A DNA stretch of 63,894 nucleotides, filler included, from Salisapilia sapeloensis CBS 127946 (taxonomy: Eukaryota; Protista; Oomycota): NCBI GenBank assembly GCA_023334545.1. It is 10 parts of 10 records of this genome, joined end to end, with 100 filler letters (N's around TTAATTAATTAA, not from the genome) between each part and the next. Parts side by side here need not be neighbours in the genome. Positions count along the whole stretch, not along the records: positions 55,766 to 61,173 come from JAADVB010000619.1; positions 61,274 to 62,777 come from JAADVB010001123.1; positions 62,878 to 63,894 come from JAADVB010001355.1; 7 more parts are not named here. The stretch is one strand, 5' to 3'. Made by a program: the position numbers and the translations under genes. Below are positions 57,458 through 63,894 of the stretch, one piece after another. The first letter of the stretch is position 1. Each line of letters starts with the position of its first letter. The notes beneath the pieces were generated by a model. That model had not been told where the DNA came from and did no database searches. It saw only the letters and a program-made list of their open reading frames with translations.

Positions 57458-59494
57458 TTACTTCGATCTCGAAACTCTAGCATCGGTAGAACTCGACTTG
57501 GTGCTTTTCGATGCGTTTTTCTTCTTCCTAGCCTCTGATTCAGCCGCAAAGATTTTCTTTGCAACCTTTGCCAGCTTGATCATAGTTGTGTACTGAGACT
57601 GAGACACTTCCCTTGGCTCCTTGTCCAACACAGCCAGACTGCCAATGATATAACCGTCCTGCGTTGTCACGGGTACGCCAAAGTAGAAACGATACTCGAG
57701 CGACGCAATTGGAGGCATTTGACTGAACCGTACGTCAGCCTCTGGGTGTGGGACCAACATGGGGCGAGGGTCCACAATGGTATGCGCACACACGGTATCA
57801 CAACGGCGAACCTTTTGCTCATAAAACTCGTCGACGTTGGCAGCCATGACAATTTGTTCCGTGGCATTAATGACCGTCACAATGCCGACAGAACAATCTA
57901 AGCTTTCAGCAGCAATGGAGCACAGGACATTCATCTCCTGGCAGCCTCGAATGTCAAAATACCCGCCCGTTTCAACTGCATGTAGACGCTCTGCCTCCGT
58001 TTCTCGTACAGGCCACTTCGCATCCTCCATGATATTTTCCTCTTTAATTGGCAGAGGATAGTCTCTCTCCTCATTGTTTGCCAATACGCATTCGCCCAAG
58101 TCGAGCATCTCCTCATCTTTCGCCTCTTCCAGTGCATCCAGGTATATCGTCTCCTCCTCATTAGATGTAATGCTCCCCGAAGGCTGAGCATACACAAACG
58201 TTGGGTTGTCATCCATAATTTCCCGCACAACAGACAACGTCGGTTTTTTCTGGTCTGAAGGCGCGAAGCGTAGCTTTTCGCGTAATAAGCCGACCAGAGG
58301 TTTCTTCCTACCTCGATTCGTGGTATCTGCCTGAACACGAGCTTCACCGATATCTTCTGGGCGTACGTTATGATACTGGCACGCATCGACTTGTTCGATG
58401 CATCGATCGCAAACTTTGCCTGCTGTGATGCGACCATTAGACTTCTCAATATTCTGTAGGCTGGCGCAGCTAGTGCACACATTGTATCCACACAAGGTGC
58501 ATCGCACCTTGTTGCCAGACTTGACAAAGATGTTCAGTGACTTGGTGCAGACGATGCACTTAGTGTTCTTGGCCTGAAAGGCGGATTCATTCATAAGGAC
58601 TTGTGCGCCCAATCGACGGCGGCGGACGAGATCTGGTAACTCTCTTATTCCTCGACCAAGTTCATTTAATCGAGAACGAACGATGCGAGGTGAAGCAGTA
58701 TATGTTCCGTTTTCGATATCACCATTGAATCGAGCGTGATACGTCACACGGACAGACTTGGAATTCACAATGGGCTCGACTACGTACGCTGCTGTAATGC
58801 CGCGTAATTGTAAGAGTTGTCGTTTGGTAACTTTTCCAGAGCTTAAGTCGTTTTCATCCATCGAGTCCAGCGTGATAACGAAAGCATCTTGGCCCATTGA
58901 CCGATAGGATTCAAAGTAGCACCACTGCTCATTGCTTTGAAAGACGTTGGCTTTTGCGAATGTAGCTGTTTTCACGATTAAAGTGTCTTTACTGTCATCT
59001 GTCGATGATCGTGCTGAGGAGATTGGCGGAATCTTGTGGACAATTGATCCGTAGATGTACTTCTTCTTGTACAAACCCTTCATGACGGCATTGTATCGAG
59101 TTTCATCGACAGTTCGTAAAAGGTATTCCAGCTCTTTTGCACTTCCTTGTATATCTCCAATGGTCAGTACTTCAAATCCTTGTGATACAACGTCGAAATC
59201 GTTTTTCGAGTAAGCTTGGAAGTTACCAGCCGATGACTTTTGTTTCCAAGCCGAAGTGGAGGATGGCCGAAGTTTGTCCAAGTTTAAAGATAAAGTCAAT
59301 TCGACTGCGCGAGCACGTAGACCTTCGTCTGGTATGCGCACGCTCGTAGCGGTTTCTCCGCTGTCTCTCTCGACTGCATACTCGTCAACATCCACTTCGT
59401 CGGGAGAGCAAGAGGATGTCTCGACACTAGGCGGCAATTTGGACACAAAGTCGGTTGCGTCAGGTGGGAACTTGTTACTGCATTTGATTGTCAT
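57458..59494 (-). CDS. START-like + FYVE-like zinc finger + GAF domain protein (oomycete-type architecture)
   Basis: 678-aa ORF. START-like N-terminal half (IQGSAKELEYLL...VRVTYH). Eight-Cys finger CIVC...CTLCGYNVCTSC...CDRC. C-terminal GAF domain (EAERLHAV...VCAHTIVDPRPMLVPHPEADVRF...RFYFGVPVTTQDGYIIGSLAVLDKEPR). Confidence 0.9.
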   Translation of the reverse strand: MTIKCSNKFPPDATDFVSKLPPSVETSSCSPDEVDVDEYAVERDSGETATSVRIPDEGLRARAVELTLSLNLDKLRPSSTSAWKQKSSAGNFQAYSKNDFDVVSQGFEVLTIGDIQGSAKELEYLLRTVDETRYNAVMKGLYKKKYIYGSIVHKIPPISSARSSTDDSKDTLIVKTATFAKANVFQSNEQWCYFESYRSMGQDAFVITLDSMDENDLSSGKVTKRQLLQLRGITAAYVVEPIVNSKSVRVTYHARFNGDIENGTYTASPRIVRSRLNELGRGIRELPDLVRRRRLGAQVLMNESAFQAKNTKCIVCTKSLNIFVKSGNKVRCTLCGYNVCTSCASLQNIEKSNGRITAGKVCDRCIEQVDACQYHNVRPEDIGEARVQADTTNRGRKKPLVGLLREKLRFAPSDQKKPTLSVVREIMDDNPTFVYAQPSGSITSNEEETIYLDALEEAKDEEMLDLGECVLANNEERDYPLPIKEENIMEDAKWPVRETEAERLHAVETGGYFDIRGCQEMNVLCSIAAESLDCSVGIVTVINATEQIVMAANVDEFYEQKVRRCDTVCAHTIVDPRPMLVPHPEADVRFSQMPPIASLEYRFYFGVPVTTQDGYIIGSLAVLDKEPREVSQSQYTTMIKLAKVAKKIFAAESEARKKKNASKSTKSSSTDARVSRSK

Positions 59495-59540
59495 CCTTTG
59501 GCTTTTGTCTTCAGTGGACGAGCGGTGTGAAAAGTTTGGC

Positions 59541-59557
59541 GCAAAAGCTTGAATGAG
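59541..59557 (-). promoter_or_regulatory. Oomycete-type Inr/FPR core promoter
   Basis: The minus strand reads CTCATTCAAGCTTTTGC about 50 nt upstream of ATG 59494. Confidence 0.5.
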
Positions 59558-60940
59558 GACAAGAATAGGACAGGGAAGTGGCGTGGCAAATTTATCAGAT
59601 GGATGTGTCTCCTATTGTAGCTTATGCTCTATCTCGCAGTCGCCAATCTTTTGGCTAAGGGAAGTAATTCATTGCATCGAAAAAGAGCGGCGGACATCCA
59701 GGTATTGGGTTGAAAACGCAGGATGGAAGGCATAGTCGTGTCATGTAGCAAGAGAGGTCAGGTACGCCCATTTGTTATGCCCTTTCTGTACGAAATGGGC
59801 ACTTCTACCCGCCATGTCTGACTTAAATGATCGCAGATACAACGGTACACGTTTCTAAATTTATTGCTTGCAGTGGATTCTTGTCGCTTGATAAAGTAGA
59901 GCTACATTGTTCTTGCAACCTAACGTCTACCACCCACCATTGACTTGCATTCAGGGAAAGCCAAAGTAAAAAATCCTCGTTCATATGTGTCCATCGTGAA
60001 GAATGCAGTTCATCAAGGATCCCAATGGCACATATGATGATCCCAAGTCAACGTTAACGCAGCCCTTGGTGCGTTATTGTCGCTGCTGGACCTATAAAAA
60101 GATCACATTGGATGAAGGTCAACATTGTCACCCAGTACAAAGACTAGGAATGCGGTATTGTGAAGCATGAGTCATGTTAAGCGACCATCCTACCGCATGA
60201 CGTGTCTCCACTAGTACTTGCTCCCTACGACTACAGAATACGTTTCCACATATATTTAAGCATGCATGTAAACACATCTACTCTCGATGTTTTCTGCTAG
60301 TGCTCCTTCATTCTGTGCTCAGTGTTGCCTTCCCTAGCCGCTTCATGCACAAGCATACCAAAATAGAACAGAATTTACCATGCCGGCATCAACTGCATGC
60401 ACTTAGAATTTTGCCTCTCGTCTTCGTCAATTCTCATGTGAAGGAGAATTACGACTAGGTTCGATTGATAGCGAAAAGCCGTACATGCATAGCACTATAT
60501 GTACTTGAAGCTTGTATCTACCTAGGACACGCCGATGTAGACGTCGATAGGTGCGTGTTCGCTAAGCATGCTTTACATTAAATAAGAAAACTCTAACCGA
60601 TAGCAAAAAGTTTGAGAAGCCACGAAACCGAAATTCCTAAGGTCGTAGGTCAACGCAAGCAACGAGACCTTGAACGCAAGACGCTGCTCTCAGATGCAGT
60701 CAAAAATCGACCGAACGCAAAGATTTGTAGTCAACATTCCATCATGGCCTTGCACGCTCTGAATAATGGGCATGTATGAGGATTATCGTGGCATGACCGT
60801 AACTTGTATTCGATGCTGGAAGTCGTTCGTTATGAATTGCTTGCTGCGTCCATCTCTAGCGATATCACGACCGTGTAGAAACACGGCTGGAATATGCAGC
60901 ATTTCAGATTGCCATTTCTGTTAAAACCTACCGGTCAACA

Positions 60941-60967
60941 AAAACGAAAACGAAAACGAAAACGAAA
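60941..60967. repeat. (AAAACG)n microsatellite, about 4.5 units
   Basis: AAAACGAAAACGAAAACGAAAACGAAA read directly. Confidence 0.85.
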
Positions 60968-61032
60968 GAGCACAGGTACTATTGCTGTGCTTGTGATGGG
61001 AATCAAGCATTGATCATTAAAAGAGTACGGGC

Positions 61033-61173
61033 CCCCGCTGGAATTACAATAAAAGCCTGAAAGTACAATTTCAAGCCGATTGTTATTATTTGAACAATTG
61101 CGTTGCCAAACACTTCCTATCTCTACCTCGACATGTAAGCAAGTGAACTTGGATACGTATTTTACGTGCCATT
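61033..61173. repeat. 141-bp terminal inverted repeat of contig C8 (partner 55766-55906)
   Basis: Exact reverse complement of 55766-55906. Confidence 0.95.
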
Positions 61174-63894
61174 NNNNNNNNNNNNNNNNNNNNNNNNNNN
61201 NNNNNNNNNNNNNNNNNTTAATTAATTAANNNNNNNNNNNNNNNNNNNNNNNNNNNNNNNNNNNNNNNNNNNNGTATTGTGAGGGATTCATGTGGGCGGA
61301 AAGCTATGCGGCGCATGTACTGCAGATATGCGTAGCCGTCTACACATATATATTGCTGAGCATAGGACGACCAGTGGGTTTCCATTGCTCTTTTGTTTCC
61401 GTTTCACTTAGCTGATAGTCGGTGGATTTTAACGGAAATGACTATAAAGCTAGTTGACTAAGCTCTTCGTAACTAGATTTCTAGTCGAGTTTAACTAGAA
61501 TAGACCGAATGTACTTGCGTGATGTCTTTTTCAGAGGGATATTTGACAAAGTGAGACAAAAGCGAGATTGTAAGAGATGAAGATTAAGAGATAGTTTCTT
61601 GAGAAGCAGCAACGTGACAGCACGAACAAGATATAGATTCAAAAGCAGAGTATCATCACCAGAACAGGAGTTTGAAGCGTTATCCGTACCGTAATATCGA
61701 TATGACAAACGTTGTGGGTCCACTATAAGCTAGAGATTAGCGCTCCCATCGCAAGTAGAATGTTGTTGAAGGAATTTAGACCTACTTCAGGTACATTGGA
61801 AAGCTACTTGGGAGCTTGAGCAGAGACGTCCGATCAAACACAGGATCTCAACTGGCGGTATGACCAACACCTTATCAACATATATTGCGCGATACTCTGT
61901 GTGCTCACGACATGAACATAAGTGGGCAAGCTTGATATTTGTACTCAAGAAAAAGTTTCAAATATCGCATCTACCGGGGTCATAAATATTCGTTAATTAG
62001 TATCCTTCTAGCCATAACTACAGCTTCTTTTATCTTTTGACATGCGTACCCTTCTATCGTAGCTACTTCTCAGTCAGTAAATTAGCTTTAACGACTTTGC
62101 CTTACACAGATAGCACTTCTTCCTTCCTCCACATAAATAAACCCACCTTTGTATTTCTACTTGTCTGTACAACCGCTTTGTCATGTATCTACAGAAAGAA
62201 TCTCCCAAATAGCGTATGACGACAAATATGTCACCGGAAACGTACACATGTATCAAAGCTCATGAACATCCACACTTGCTTATGTATGCTGTCCTGGAAA
62301 GAATAGTATGCATGAAAGTAATATACACCATTTTTATTGTAGTAAGTGGAAGCCAGAGCGTATTGTTCAAGTAAACTTCTTAAGCGCTAAAAAAGACATG
62401 GGTCAACTTCGTGGGACTTCCCGCTAATATTCGATAGAAAACCAATGAAGCTTTTGCGTATGATCCGGAAGAGCCAAGAGCAAGTCCGACTAGTTCAAAA
62501 TTTACTTGATCGCAAGGAAACGCTGACGAAGAGCACTCAATCTGGACTCACTAACGCCATCCACATCAAATCATTATACACGAGATACAGTCGGTATCTA
62601 TCTTGACTTATTCTCCCATCTTTCTATCTTTTCCCGCAGTTGTTAAACAGTTTCAAGGTGGCAGGATTTGGTGGGCGCAAGTGGCGGAGTGGTGAGCACC
62701 ATTCGTAGCGCCGGTCAAGGAAGGTGGTCCAGCGCTCGGGTACATGTGGCAAGCGTCGCATTTGGAGGTGGGACGCANNNNNNNNNNNNNNNNNNNNNNN
62801 NNNNNNNNNNNNNNNNNNNNNTTAATTAATTAANNNNNNNNNNNNNNNNNNNNNNNNNNNNNNNNNNNNNNNNNNNNACCCTCTGTCGTGGGCGATTTGA
62901 CTTGTGCCTGATGTTGTAACATACCTTGACCAAAAAGTCACAAATGTAGCCGAAAAGCTCAGCGGTACATTCATCATCTTGGTATGTATCGAGTTAAGCA
63001 GCATTTAGGCGAAAGATGTCCCCTTAATGGAGGACATCGGACTAAAGAGCACAGGTAATATTACCGCCAGATGACGATGATACGATGTCCTACAATGCCA
63101 GTCGCTTAATATTCACCTGCTCTTCAACTCCAAGCGTCTTTGTAACTTACAAGGGAATTGGATGAGGTGCTGGTCTCGTAAAGCATCTCGTGATAAAAGC
63201 AGGAATGCTTTTAGACTCCTCGAAATGGCTTGACGCTTGAAAAGTGCTACATCAGAAAATGGCATGAAAGTAACAAGTCACGAATACTGAGCGCTATCTA
63301 CAAAAACGTCATTTACGTGCTTCTCAGAAGACAGGTTCTTCATCTCAGCAACCAAACCGAGGTGAGTTATTCTTTGTATCTGGAAATTACCTACCCACTC
63401 AATCATATCTTATTTCAGGGTGTTTTGTCGTGCTAGTGACCGCTATAGTAAAGCACAAGTATTGCTCAATCCAAAAAAGCAACTATTAACATTGAAGCAA
63501 CAACAGCTTTCTCTTCTTTTCAGCGCATGCAGTCTGTTTTACTGCGCCCACCCTATCTGTATACTGCATCTTGCGCTATAGACATTGGAAGAGCGTTGGT
63601 AAAATCATCATTTACCACATTGTGCTTGGGGATTGTCTAGTATCAATCTTTCTGTCTTTCTCTGGTATACTATTAGTAGGCAATGTCTCATTCCACCAGA
63701 CTATGAGTGCTTTAAATGCCCTAGCATCGAGTTTCCACTGAGCCCAAAGGAAATGGATTACCAGTAACCTGGTTGAAGATACCACTATTGACTCTCGTTT
63801 TGTCATTCAGGCTTGACTTCATTTCCCTCGGAAGTTACATAGACGGTCGCCGTCGTAGAAGAGGAGAGCATCAAGTGATCGGCAGAGTGGAACG

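Noticed and set aside
61274-63894. Contigs C9 and C10, including an intron-like GTGAG...TTTCAG near 63361-63419
   Set aside because: No ORF over about 80 aa, no motifs and no internal repeats found. Nothing supportable.
1-63894. CRISPR arrays, rRNA, tRNA genes, prokaryotic operons
   Set aside because: None seen. The sequence is eukaryotic, and the only tRNA-related signal is the retrotransposon PBS.
40460-63894. Functional linkage among genes on different contigs (ATPase, Copia, protease, GAF gene)
   Set aside because: They are separated by artificial linkers, so their order carries no information.

Overview
This is eukaryotic nuclear DNA, most consistent with a flagellated oomycete or related stramenopile. 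The evidence is short GT-AG introns, axonemal dynein genes, a START-FYVE-GAF protein, a GH81 glucanase and Inr/FPR-like promoter motifs; no species call is possible. The window is not contiguous. It is ten contigs joined by nine artificial 100-nt linkers (44 N + TTAATTAATTAA + 44 N): C1 1-14644, C2 14745-40459, C3 40560-42697, C4 42798-45378, C5 45479-51927, C6 52028-54554, C7 54655-55665, C8 55766-61173, C9 61274-62777, C10 62878-63894. Adjacency across linkers means nothing. C1 is gene-dense: three PH-domain paralogs, RPL21, DNAL1, HIBADH, a PIH1-domain protein and PLPBP. C2 has GH81, a 4657-aa HECT E3 ligase, mS26, a J-domain protein, an STK16-like kinase, an inverted pair of small C1q/TNF-like genes and a three-copy degenerate repeat. 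C3 has a partial P5 ATPase. C4 is extremely AT-rich with no long ORF. C5 is an apparently intact Copia retrotransposon with an internal (half-tRNA type) PBS. C6 has a membrane-anchored papain-like protease. C8 has a START-FYVE-GAF gene. C7, C9 and C10 show nothing I can identify. C1, C4 and C8 each begin and end in an exact 141-bp inverted repeat, and C5 carries about 141 bp of LTR at each end. I read this as a k=141 de Bruijn signature marking real, longer repeats outside the contigs. Best leads: the outward-facing PH paralogs with identical 3' ends (possible invertible or gene-converted cassette), the inverted C1q/TNF-like gene pair with a perfect 42-nt 3' block, the J-domain/NAK-kinase tandem, and the inverted-repeat-flanked contigs C4 and C8. 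I found no clear-cut complete novel system; these are leads to test.
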